A stretch of 64,000 nucleotides of DNA from an uncultured Acidobacteriota bacterium (GTDB taxonomy: Bacteria; Acidobacteriota; UBA6911; RPQK01; JAPXNP01). Position numbers and translations under genes: made by a program. Shown here piece after piece: positions 55,727 to 64,000 of the stretch (the stretch's first letter is position 1; each line of letters begins with the position of its first letter). A model generated the notes under the pieces. That model ran no database searches. It saw only the letters and a program-made list of their open reading frames with translations, and was not told the origin of the DNA. The DNA is taken from contig CAWGNQ010000005.1 in the NCBI GenBank assembly GCA_963823995.1, forward strand, positions 514,510 to 578,509, given 5' to 3'.

Positions 55727-56734
55727 TTACAGCCTCGCTCCCACGAACTTCACGAGGTCGACAATGCGCGAGGAATAGCCCCACTCGTTGTCGTACCAGG
55801 AGAGGATTTTGACCAGATTCGGTTCGGCCACCTTCGTAAACAGCGCGTCGAAGATCGACGAATGCGGATTCTTGACGAAATCGACCGAAACCAGATCCTC
55901 GTCGGAATACTGCAGGATGCCCTTCAGCGGTCCCTCGGCAGCCTTCTTCATCGCCGCATTCACCGCCTCGACCGAAGCCGGCTTCTCCACGATCACCGAA
56001 AGGTCGACCACCGAGACGGTCGGCGTCGGGACGCGGATCGCAAATCCGTCCAGCCGGCCGTTCAGCTCGGGCAGTACGAGGCCGACGGCCGCCGCAGCGC
56101 CGGTCGTCGTCGGAATCATCGAGAGCGCCGCCGCCCGCGCCCGCCGCAGATCCTTGTGCGGCAGATCCAGGATCTTCTGATCGTTGGTATAGCTGTGAAT
56201 GGTCGTCATCAGCCCCTTCTGGATTCCAAAGGTCTCGTGGAGCACCTTGGCCACCGGCGCGAGACAGTTCGTCGTACAACTGGCATTCGAAATGACGACA
56301 TGCTTGGCCGGATCGTACTCTCCTTCATTGACACCCATGCAGACCGTCACGTCCGGGCCTTTGGCCGGCGCAGTGATGATGACCTTCTTGACCGATCCCC
56401 TCACGTGCTTCTGAGCGTCATCCTTCTTACGGAACAGGCCGGTTCCTTCGATGACGATGTCCGCACCTACCTCGGGCCAGGGAATCTGCCCGGGATCGCG
56501 CTCCGCAAATACCCGAATCCTGTCACCGTTGACGGTAATCGAATTCCCTTCGACCACCACTTCTCCGGCAAAATGCCCGTATAGGGAATCATGCCTGAAC
56601 AGATGCGCCAGAGTCTTGGCGTCCGTAATATCGTTGATCGCGACGAAATCCAGGTCTGCTTTGGACTCCACCGCGGCCCGGAGGACATTTCGTCCGATTC
56701 TCCCAAATCCGTTGATCGCGACTTTTGTTGCCAT
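55727..56734 (-). CDS. gap: Glyceraldehyde-3-phosphate dehydrogenase, type I
   Basis: INGFGRIGR NAD-binding motif. Active-site SNASCTTNCLAP. GGAGG RBS before the ATG at 56734. The ORF track begins at 56809. Confidence 0.95.
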   Translation of the reverse strand: MATKVAINGFGRIGRNVLRAAVESKADLDFVAINDITDAKTLAHLFRHDSLYGHFAGEVVVEGNSITVNGDRIRVFAERDPGQIPWPEVGADIVIEGTGLFRKKDDAQKHVRGSVKKVIITAPAKGPDVTVCMGVNEGEYDPAKHVVISNASCTTNCLAPVAKVLHETFGIQKGLMTTIHSYTNDQKILDLPHKDLRRARAAALSMIPTTTGAAAAVGLVLPELNGRLDGFAIRVPTPTVSVVDLSVIVEKPASVEAVNAAMKKAAEGPLKGILQYSDEDLVSVDFVKNPHSSIFDALFTKVAEPNLVKILSWYDNEWGYSSRIVDLVKFVGARL

Positions 56735-56916
56735 TTCAGTTCTCCTCCTGATTCGGCTTACCTTATCGTTTGTGTACAGCGCTCGAGCAGCCGATCCTTC
56801 TTCGAGCACACGCGTGTTCTCTCGCTAAAGCAGGTGCAATTCTATCGGGAAGCCTCTTTGTGAACAACATTTTCGGGAAGTGGCCGGATATGAGGTATGG
56901 AAGATCTGTGATTTTC

Positions 56917-57849
56917 CTAAATCCCATACGGGTCGTGTCCGTCGGGTTGGGTTCGGAAGCGTCGGTGACCCCAGAGCCAGCAGTGTGGAAATTCCCGGAT
57001 GACTTCTTCGATGCACGCATTGAAACGGGCCGTGTTGTGGACCACATCGTCGGCTCGGGATCCGATCGACTCGGCGTGCAACGGAGGATAAAACCGGATT
57101 CGGTGCCGGCCACGGCGGCCGGCAGGTACGATGAAACCGGCTACGACGGGGACTCCTGTCTTCATGGCCAGCAGCGCAGCTGAAGCCGTCGTACAGGCGG
57201 GTCGACCAAAGAAGGAGGCGTAGACGCCATCTTTCTCCTGAACATTCTGGTCGATCAGCAGACCCACATCACCCTGCTGTCGCAATGCGCGCAGTGTCTC
57301 CCGAAGAGAGCCCTGCTTGGGTACCGCACGATTGCCGAAGCGAGTCCGGATACCTGCCAACCATCGGTCCAAAAGAGGGTTTTCGAGAGGACGGACCACG
57401 AAGCTCAGGGGATGCTCGAGGACCGCGTGCGCCAGGGGCAGCAACTCCCAACTGCCGACATGGGCCGTCAGGAAAAGAACACCGGTTCCCTCCTGTCGGG
57501 CTCGTCGATAGTGCTCGACTCCCATGCCTTCCTGATAGGTGACCCGCCGGCGAATTCCAGTTTCGCTCACACGGTGAAGCCGGCTCAGCTCGGCGACATG
57601 GGCGCCGATCTGGGCATAGCTGCGCTCGAGGATCCGTGCTCGCCACTGCTCCGACTTGTCCGGAAAGGCCATCTGAAGGTTGATCATCCCGATGCGGCGG
57701 TGCCTTGCGTCGAATCGATAGAAGATCCGGCCCAGACCCTCGCAAAGTCGAATGGCTGCGGGCAGGGGAAGCAGCGACAGCGGTCCGAGCGTTCCTCGGG
57801 CGAAGAGGTACCAGAGAAGGTCCGCAGGATCCGACCTCGGCTCAGTCAC
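56917..57849 (-). CDS. Lysophospholipid/lipid A biosynthesis acyltransferase (LpxL/HtrB-like LPLAT)
   Basis: HVGSWE (HxxxxD/E-type) acyltransferase motif. About 310 aa. Confidence 0.8.
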   Translation of the reverse strand: MTEPRSDPADLLWYLFARGTLGPLSLLPLPAAIRLCEGLGRIFYRFDARHRRIGMINLQMAFPDKSEQWRARILERSYAQIGAHVAELSRLHRVSETGIRRRVTYQEGMGVEHYRRARQEGTGVLFLTAHVGSWELLPLAHAVLEHPLSFVVRPLENPLLDRWLAGIRTRFGNRAVPKQGSLRETLRALRQQGDVGLLIDQNVQEKDGVYASFFGRPACTTASAALLAMKTGVPVVAGFIVPAGRRGRHRIRFYPPLHAESIGSRADDVVHNTARFNACIEEVIREFPHCWLWGHRRFRTQPDGHDPYGI

Positions 57850-57873
57850 CGGACGTCCAACCCATCGATGCGT

Positions 57874-58899
57874 TCATATCCGACGAAAGAGTAACAGAGA
57901 AAACGCTCGTTCCGGGTCTGTGTACTCGGTCACCAACTCGACCCCAAAGGCGGCAATCTGCTCGGCAAGACGCCCCGCTTCGAATTTCCGACTCACCTCG
58001 ACGAGGATTCTGTCTCCTTTGTCCCAGACCAGTTTCCGGCCGATGGATCGGAACCTTGCACGACCCGGTCGGAGTGCACGTACCCACATCTCCATCTGCT
58101 GCCACGCTTCGTTGAAGACCGGCTCATATGCGAAATCGGAGGGATCGAAATCACTCTCCACGATTCCGTTGAGGGCATGAAAGACATTCAGGATGAACGA
58201 ACGAGTCACACCCGCCGAGTCATTGTAGGCCCGTTCGATCAACTCCCGCTCCTTCAGACCGTCGACACCCAGCAGAAACAGATCATCCGGACCCAGAGCG
58301 GCAGTTACCGACGAGAGAAATTGAACCAGCTCGGTCCGGGGGAAGTTTCCAATGCTGCTGCCCAGGAAGATGACCAGCTTGGGCAGGCTCGGATCCAGAT
58401 CGGGCAGCGCCTGCTCCAGAGCGGCATGCAGTCCCAGGACTCGCAGTTCGGTGAAGTCCCGCTGCAGAGCGTCCCGGGCTTCCCGCAGGGCGCTCCGACT
58501 CACGTCGATAGGCACGAAGGTCCCCCGCCCCCTGCCGTCCATCATGCTTCGAATGAGGTGACGCGTTTTGACGGAGGCTCCCGCGCCAATCTCCACCAGA
58601 TGATCGGTCCGTGCCTGCTTCATAATGGTGCGGGCATTCGCTTCGAGAAGAGCGTTCTCCGTGCGCGTCAGGTAGTACTCCGGAAGGCTGCAGATCGCCT
58701 CGAACAGTTCGGAACCCCGCTTGTCATAGAGGAAGCGAGCCTCCAGCCAACGCGGCTGGTCGGTCAGAGTTCGATAGATCCGCAGTGCCAGAATCTCCTC
58801 CCGGGCCGGCGGCTGGTGCCAAAGGCCATCTTCCACGAAATTCCAGCGATGACAGGCATCGGCTCTCAGAATGCTGCAGACACGGCGAGCGTCATCCAC
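57874..58899 (-). CDS. EgtD-like SAM-dependent histidine N-alpha-methyltransferase (Methyltransf_33)
   Basis: EYYLTRTE, VEIGAGASVKT and IGNF motifs characteristic of EgtD/OvoA-type methyltransferases. No egtB seen in the window. Confidence 0.75.
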   Translation of the reverse strand: MDDARRVCSILRADACHRWNFVEDGLWHQPPAREEILALRIYRTLTDQPRWLEARFLYDKRGSELFEAICSLPEYYLTRTENALLEANARTIMKQARTDHLVEIGAGASVKTRHLIRSMMDGRGRGTFVPIDVSRSALREARDALQRDFTELRVLGLHAALEQALPDLDPSLPKLVIFLGSSIGNFPRTELVQFLSSVTAALGPDDLFLLGVDGLKERELIERAYNDSAGVTRSFILNVFHALNGIVESDFDPSDFAYEPVFNEAWQQMEMWVRALRPGRARFRSIGRKLVWDKGDRILVEVSRKFEAGRLAEQIAAFGVELVTEYTDPERAFSLLLFRRI

Positions 58900-61226
58900 G
58901 CCACACCCCCGTCGGATTGGATCTCCGGCCGGATCTCATCCCCGGTTCGGATGCCAGAAACCCACGATAGGCTTCGGGGAATACCTTGGGGCGGCCGTCC
59001 TCTCCGGTGAAGAGATGGCGGGTGAAACCCGCGGCGACGAGTCGACCCTCCGTGTCGATCACCTGATAATCGAAAGTCATTGCACGGCTCCGGAATTCCG
59101 TGACACGGGTCCGCACCACGAGGTGAGTCGCCCGGGGGAGTCTCACCCCCAGGCGCTCGCAGAACCGTACTTGAACCTCTCAGCTCATACGGCTCCCATC
59201 ATCCAGTCGCAGGCCGCAGCCCCAACAGGTACCAATGGGCAAACAGTCTGGGCTCACGACGGGCAAGGCCGCCCAGCCAATGCTCGGCCCGGCGCCGATG
59301 TCCGCGCAGCCTTTTGTACTTCCGCATGGCCCACCGGACCAGCAGACCATTAAAGTGCCGGAAGACCGCATACAGGGCGGACGGGTAGAATCGGCCGTAG
59401 TACTGAATCCAGCCCCGAAGAACCGGGTTCCACATGCGCGCAAGATCGTCGATGTCCTTGTTGCTCCGCAGGTGAATTCGCCAGCTCCGCATGGCCTGAC
59501 GCATCTTCTTCGCCGCTTCGTTGCTGACTGCCGGTGAGAAGTTGATGAAGCATTTGCCCGATCGGTTCTTCGACCGTCGCGGCTGAAACGTGTACCCCAG
59601 GAAGCTGAACTTCTCTTCAGGATACCGCCCACGACGGTCTTCATCCTTGCAATAGACGATCTTCGTCTTGCTGGGATGCACCTCCAGTTTGCACCTCCGA
59701 AGCCGTTCGACGATACGGCTCAGCATTTGCCTCGCGTGCTCCTCCGTCTTGCAGTGCGCCACGATATCATCCGCGTACCTCGCAAACGGCACCTCCGGAT
59801 GCTCACAAGCCATCCAGGTATCGAACGCGAGATGCAGGAAGATGTTGGCTATCAAAGGACTAATCACCCCACCCTGTGGGGTTCGCCGATCTCGTTTGAC
59901 CAGCGTTCCATCATCGAGCTGTAATGGGGCTTTGAGCCACCGCCCGATGTACAGCAGGATCCACCGGCAATCGGTGTACTTCCGCACGGCCCGAAGTACG
60001 AGCTCATGATCGAGGTTGTCGAAGAAGCCGCGGATGTCGAGATCGATCACCCAGTCGTTTTGCCAGCACCGCTTGCGCGTCGTTGCCAACGCCTGATGGG
60101 CCGACTTGCCCGCACGATACCCATAGGAGTCCGGATGGAACTGCGGTTCCACCTTGGGCTCCAGATACATCCGGGCCACCGCCTGCGCGATTCGATCCCC
60201 GACCGTGGGGATCCCCAACCTCCTCTCGCCGCCATCCTTCTTTGGTATCGCTACCGATCGAACGGGCGGCGGGAAGTACGTTCCCGACGACATGCGATTC
60301 CAGATCTTGTAGAGGTTGTTCTTGAGATCCCTCTCGAACTCCTCCAAGGATTCGGAATCCACTCCAGCCGCTCCTTGGTTCGCCTTGACGCGTTGGTACG
60401 CCTCCCAGACGACCTTCTTGGAAATATCAAACGACTTCGCTTGGCTGATGAGCTCCTCCCACTGCGTGGTTGGCCCATGATCTCCGCTGGATAACACGAC
60501 CCCTTCGCTCCATCCCGTTTCCGGGACTTCTCCGCTACTACGGGCCATTCCGCCCCTTCGCCTCGCCTCGGTACTCTCATCCTTGTGGGACCTCCACTTG
60601 GATTTCTCCCTTCGCATCGAGGCGGAAGGTTCCCACGTTCCGCACAACCGCCTGATCCAGGCTCACGCCACCTCTATGCCGGGCGCCGCACGGGCAGTAA
60701 CAGGTCTCTCCCGTACTGGTCCCAGAGTAACGACTCGCTCTGGTTTTGACGCCGTCCCTACGCTTTCGACACGTTTCCGGTGGTTCATTCGCTTCGTCTT
60801 CCTGGACCTCACCTGACACAGTCATGCTGCGCCTTTTCCGTCACGCTCACCACCATGGCTTTTGTCCACAGCAGCTGACGGCGGTTTGAAGCCTGCTCCT
60901 GCAAGCCGGCTCCAAGAGCCTCCCTCATCAGTTGTGCAGCAAAGCTGCATTCAGTTGGCTGTTACAGCCTCCTTCCTGCGCCATCGTGGCGCACAGTCGT
61001 CGTCATAACTGAGCGACCGATGGTAGCGGCAAACCGTTTCGATCACGGGCAGGAAAGTCTTCGTCTCCCGTTCCAGATCGGCATAGCTGAAGCCGTGCGC
61101 GCGGCAGAAGTCCGTGCGCGCCACTTCGAACCAGACGAAGTAGTTCGCGTAGTAGGCTCGACCCATCTGATCCGTTTCCGCGTACCGGACGCGCAACCTA
61201 ACGTCCACAAAGTCACAGGAGTCCAT
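58892..61226 (-). CDS. Hotdog-fold (4HBT/YbgC-family) acyl-CoA thioesterase interrupted by a group II intron; exon 1 is 61226 down to about 60995, exon 2 is 59122 down to 58892
   Basis: Exon 1 encodes MDSCDFVDVRLRVRYAETDQMGRAYYANYFVWFEVARTDF...LPVIETVCRYHRSLSYDDD. Exon 2 encodes LVVRTRVTEFRSRAMTFDYQVIDTEGRLVAAGFTRHLF... Joined, they give a contiguous thioesterase of about 150 aa (motif TRVTEFRSR). Both exons are 231 nt. Confidence 0.75.
59123..60994 (-). mobile_element. Group II intron (about 1.87 kb) with intron-encoded reverse transcriptase/maturase, inserted in the sense orientation in the thioesterase ORF
   Basis: 5' end GTGCGCC immediately after exon codons gac gac gac (minus strand, at about 60994). 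Domain V GAGCCGTATGAGCTGAGAGGTTCAAGTACGGTTC (59195 down to 59162). Domain VI with a bulged A 6 nt before the 3' end, which terminates in ...CAC (59123). IEP ORF lies in between. Confidence 0.85.
59199..60548 (-). CDS. Group II intron-encoded protein (reverse transcriptase/maturase)
   Basis: RT motifs GAAGVD, GIPTVGDRIAQ, GGVISPLIANIFL, YADD. Maturase/X domain WIQYYGRFYP. Start uncertain: ATG at 60548, or the upstream 60617 or 60647. Confidence 0.85.
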   Translation of the reverse strand: MARSSGEVPETGWSEGVVLSSGDHGPTTQWEELISQAKSFDISKKVVWEAYQRVKANQGAAGVDSESLEEFERDLKNNLYKIWNRMSSGTYFPPPVRSVAIPKKDGGERRLGIPTVGDRIAQAVARMYLEPKVEPQFHPDSYGYRAGKSAHQALATTRKRCWQNDWVIDLDIRGFFDNLDHELVLRAVRKYTDCRWILLYIGRWLKAPLQLDDGTLVKRDRRTPQGGVISPLIANIFLHLAFDTWMACEHPEVPFARYADDIVAHCKTEEHARQMLSRIVERLRRCKLEVHPSKTKIVYCKDEDRRGRYPEEKFSFLGYTFQPRRSKNRSGKCFINFSPAVSNEAAKKMRQAMRSWRIHLRSNKDIDDLARMWNPVLRGWIQYYGRFYPSALYAVFRHFNGLLVRWAMRKYKRLRGHRRRAEHWLGGLARREPRLFAHWYLLGLRPATG

Positions 61227-61416
61227 GAATGCCGATGGTATCGAATCAGACCCCGATTCGAACAGGGTCCAGACGAACTCCGATCCCCGGATTCGGGAGA
61301 CGATCCGGGTCTGTGGTACAAAGCGGACTGAGCTTGAGAGAATCACTCCAGCCCTCTCCTCGCCGGGAGCATATCCCATTCGGAACTGCTATCGTGTCAC
61401 GAGGACACCACGCGTC

Positions 61417-62772
61417 ATGAAGATTCTCCTGGTCAACCCTCCCATCTATGACTTTTCCGCCTACGACTTCTGGCTGAAACCGTACGGATTGCTCCGCGTT
61501 GGTGGGGCTCTTCGCAGGCAGGCCGACCTGCGATTGTTCGATTTCCTCGACCGGCTCCACCCGGAGGCACAAAAACGACCGCACGATGGATGGGGACGAG
61601 GCAAGTTCATGAGTCAGGTTATCGACAAGCCGCATGTGCTTCGTGACATTCCCCGCCACTATCGCCGCTACGGGTTGCGGAACGACGCTTTCCGGGAGTA
61701 TCTGGCCGAACAGGGCCCATTCGACGTGGCTCTCATCCAGACATCGATGACGTACTGGTACCCGGGAGTCGCCGAGGTCCTCAAGACGCTCAGAGCCGAG
61801 TCTCCCCGCACACGCACCGTGCTCGGGGGAGTCTATGCATCGATCTGTCCGGATCATGCCCGCACGGTCGGTGCCGATCTCGTGATCGAGGGCACCCGAC
61901 TGGAGCCGCTGTGGGACCTGCTCGGGGTCACGGGAGACGTTCGTGAACTCCCTCTCTGGGAGCAGTATCCCGCTCTCGAGACCGGAGTCATGAAGTTGGC
62001 CGAGGGCTGCCCTTTCCGTTGCACCTACTGCTCAGTTCCGCGTCTGCAGCCGAGGTTCCGGCCCGGTTCGGTCGACGATGCCCTCCAGGGAACCAAGTTT
62101 CTGGCCCGGCTCGGGGCCCGCCAGATCGTCTTTTACGATGATGCCCTGCTGTTCAAGCCCGAACGCCTCTTGCTCCCTTTTCTCGAAGGGGTGACGAAGC
62201 AGGGCTTGGACGTCTACTTCCATACGCCCAACGCCGTGAATGCCCGTTTCGTCACTGATCCGATCGCGGAGCGGATGCGTGAGGCTCGGTTCCGTTTCCT
62301 TTATCTGGGCTTCGAAAGCGACTCGCGGGTCTGGCAGAAGAAGACAGGCGGCAAAGTCTATCCGAACGAACTGGAGCGGGCCGTCAACTGTCTGGCTCGT
62401 ACCGGATTCGACCTGGATCGGGTCACCTGCTATCTGATCGTCGGCCACCCTCGCGCAGCAGACCAGGAGGTCGAGCGCTCACTACGGTTTGCCCACGCTC
62501 TTGGCCTGCGGACCATGCTTTCCGAATTCTCACCCATTCCCGGAACGCCGGACGGAGAACTCTGCCGGGGAATCGTCGATCTCGGCGAACCGCTGAACCA
62601 TAACAAGACGGCCTTTACCCACCGTTTCTTGGGTCGAGGACGGCTGCAGGACCTGAAAGACCTCGCAGTGCAACTGAACGCCGGCCGAGATCTGGCGGGG
62701 CAACGACTGGACACCGAATCGTCGCTCACGCAGGCACTGGCGCGGGACGCGATTGCAAATCACCCATCATAG
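61417..62772 (+). CDS. B12-binding-domain radical SAM protein
   Basis: CPFRCTYC (CxxxCxxC) radical-SAM cluster motif. N-terminal cobalamin-binding-like domain (MKILLVNPPIYDF...). Divergently transcribed from the thioesterase/EgtD-like/LPLAT genes. Confidence 0.85.
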   Translation: MKILLVNPPIYDFSAYDFWLKPYGLLRVGGALRRQADLRLFDFLDRLHPEAQKRPHDGWGRGKFMSQVIDKPHVLRDIPRHYRRYGLRNDAFREYLAEQGPFDVALIQTSMTYWYPGVAEVLKTLRAESPRTRTVLGGVYASICPDHARTVGADLVIEGTRLEPLWDLLGVTGDVRELPLWEQYPALETGVMKLAEGCPFRCTYCSVPRLQPRFRPGSVDDALQGTKFLARLGARQIVFYDDALLFKPERLLLPFLEGVTKQGLDVYFHTPNAVNARFVTDPIAERMREARFRFLYLGFESDSRVWQKKTGGKVYPNELERAVNCLARTGFDLDRVTCYLIVGHPRAADQEVERSLRFAHALGLRTMLSEFSPIPGTPDGELCRGIVDLGEPLNHNKTAFTHRFLGRGRLQDLKDLAVQLNAGRDLAGQRLDTESSLTQALARDAIANHPS

Positions 62773-62781
62773 AGCTCAGGT

Positions 62782-64000
62782 CTAGAAGTTCTCGTCCAGC
62801 CGGAGGACGGACTTCTTCTCCCCACCGAAGGAAATGGCCGGCCTCTTCGATCCCCAACTCGGCTTTGGGTTTGCAGCCGGCTGCGGCTTTCCCGCTCTGG
62901 GGGCCAGCCGGTTTCGGGGGGACGCCGCCTGGGTGATCCTCTTCTGGAGTTGGAACTGCGAGGCGAGGCTCGCCATGTGTGCGGCCTGACCGCTCAGTTC
63001 CTCGGCTGCACTGGCGGACTCCTCCGCGTTGGCAGCAGCCTGCTGGGTCACCTGACTGATCTGATCGACCGCCACATTGAGCTGAGCGATCCCGTCGCTC
63101 TGCTGTTGCGACGCCGTTGCGATCTCAAGCACACCCTCGCGGACCTTCTCGACCTGCCGATTGATCTCCTCGAGGTTGCTGAGAACCTCCCCATTGATCT
63201 CGACACCCTCATCGGCATTCTTCACCGAGCCCTCGATCAAGTCGGCCGTACTCTTCGCGGCTTCGGCACTGCGCATCGCCAGATTCCGTACCTCTTCGGC
63301 TACGACGGCAAACCCCTTCCCGGCTTCACCGGCCCGAGCCGCCTCGACAGCTGCGTTCAGTGCCAGGAGATTCGTCTGGAAGGCAATCTCATCGATGGTC
63401 TTCACGATCTTTGCGGTTTCGTCGGAGGACGTCTTGATGCGAGAGATGGCTTCCGAAAGCCGGCGCATACTGTCGACTCCTTCTCGAGCGACCCTTTCGG
63501 CAGAGTCGGCCAGAGTGCGGGCCTCCTGGGCGTTGGCTACGTTCTGGCCCGCCATGGAGGCGACCTCCTGGAGGCTCAGCGAAACTTCCTGGAGGCCGCT
63601 GGCCTGTTCGGAGGCACCCTGGGCCATGGCCTGGCTTCCGGTTCCAATCTGATCGGCGGCGGCAGCCACCTGCTCGGCTCCGGCTGAAACCTGCGTCAGG
63701 CTCTGGCCGAGGTTGTCCAGTGCCCGGTTGAGAACCTCCTTGATGCGACCGAAGTCTCCCCGATACTCTCCGTTGACCCGTTCCGTCAGATCCTGGGCTG
63801 CCAGCTTCTCGAGCACGACTGCGGCCTCATGAACCGGGGTCAGGATCAGATCCAAGAGCCCGTTGACCGTCTCGAACAGATCCCGAAAGTCCCCGGTTAC
63901 GCGGGATGTATTCAGGCGGACATCGGTTCTCCCGTCGCGGGCGGCCGTCGCCAGCTTGCGGATCTCTTCGACGGCCAGCGTCTGCTGTCCGCGTTCCGAA
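62782..64000 (-). CDS. Methyl-accepting chemotaxis protein, N-terminus beyond window
   Basis: MCP signalling domain [40 protein letters not shown]. The frame stays open upstream of the ORF-track TTG start at 63855 (hand translation gives ...[11 protein letters not shown]...[22 protein letters not shown]), so the gene continues past 64000. Confidence 0.85.
   Translation of the reverse strand, partial: SERGQQTLAVEEIRKLATAARDGRTDVRLNTSRVTGDFRDLFETVNGLLDLILTPVHEAAVVLEKLAAQDLTERVNGEYRGDFGRIKEVLNRALDNLGQSLTQVSAGAEQVAAAADQIGTGSQAMAQGASEQASGLQEVSLSLQEVASMAGQNVANAQEARTLADSAERVAREGVDSMRRLSEAISRIKTSSDETAKIVKTIDEIAFQTNLLALNAAVEAARAGEAGKGFAVVAEEVRNLAMRSAEAAKSTADLIEGSVKNADEGVEINGEVLSNLEEINRQVEKVREGVLEIATASQQQSDGIAQLNVAVDQISQVTQQAAANAEESASAAEELSGQAAHMASLASQFQLQKRITQAASPRNRLAPRAGKPQPAANPKPSWGSKRPAISFGGEKKSVLRLDENF

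Noticed and set aside
62950-63687. 245-aa plus ORF
   Set aside because: Antisense of the MCP signalling domain.
1-64000. CRISPR arrays, rRNA genes, transposases/IS elements, restriction-modification or other recognisable defence systems
   Set aside because: Searched by eye for spaced direct repeats, rRNA-like conserved stretches and DDE or integrase-like ORFs. None found. The only mobile element is the group II intron.

Overview
High-GC (~65%) bacterial chromosomal window, probably Acidobacteriota- or Gemmatimonadota-like. That guess rests only on the DARNFF-type TonB receptor, PSCyt1 and CRTAC1 proteins, and heavy TAT use. The window holds about 45 genes.

Gene content:
- A periplasmic xanthine-dehydrogenase-family molybdoenzyme operon, with a 2Fe-2S subunit carrying a TAT signal peptide.
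- A glycolytic gap-pgk-tpiA-secG-tRNA-Leu operon.
- glgP, fadD, and a pair of thioredoxin-like redoxins.
- A CAZyme island (GH9, GH30, GH5, CE4, GH3, GH51, GH115) with an ECF sigma factor and its anti-sigma factor.
- A membrane-bound ferritin-like (MbfA-like, Er-VIT1) protein.
- An SdpR/SdpI-like regulator-membrane protein pair.
- A methyl-accepting chemotaxis protein, partial at the window edge.

Most notable features:
1. A roughly 10.5 kb plus-strand operon of secreted proteins built from four different beta-propeller types and about 12 c-type heme sites. It includes a 951-aa fusion of two tetraheme modules, a YVTN propeller and a di-heme peroxidase/MauG-like domain, and is followed by two LivK-type binding proteins with no transporter.
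2. A family of five ~70-80 bp conserved repeats (core GGTGACACGCACGTA ... GTCTGG), four of which lie immediately 3' of gene stops.
3. A group II intron, carrying a reverse transcriptase/maturase ORF, inserted in-frame and in sense orientation inside a hotdog-fold thioesterase gene.
4. Arrays of an 8-bp microsatellite, (CGGGAGAA)n. A MITE-like inverted pair flanks a hairpin-rich convergent intergenic region, and a solo array sits upstream of GH5.
5. 20-bp GTCCCAT-containing tandem repeats upstream of the redoxin genes.
6. Four frameshifts in three genes (GH9, class II photolyase twice, GH3). These are either assembly indel errors or pseudogenisation.

No CRISPR arrays, rRNA genes or transposases were seen.

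The supplied ORF track omits ORFs that run off the window edge, which is how the TonB receptor at the left end was missed. Many long Arg-rich ORFs in the track are antisense artefacts of the high GC content.
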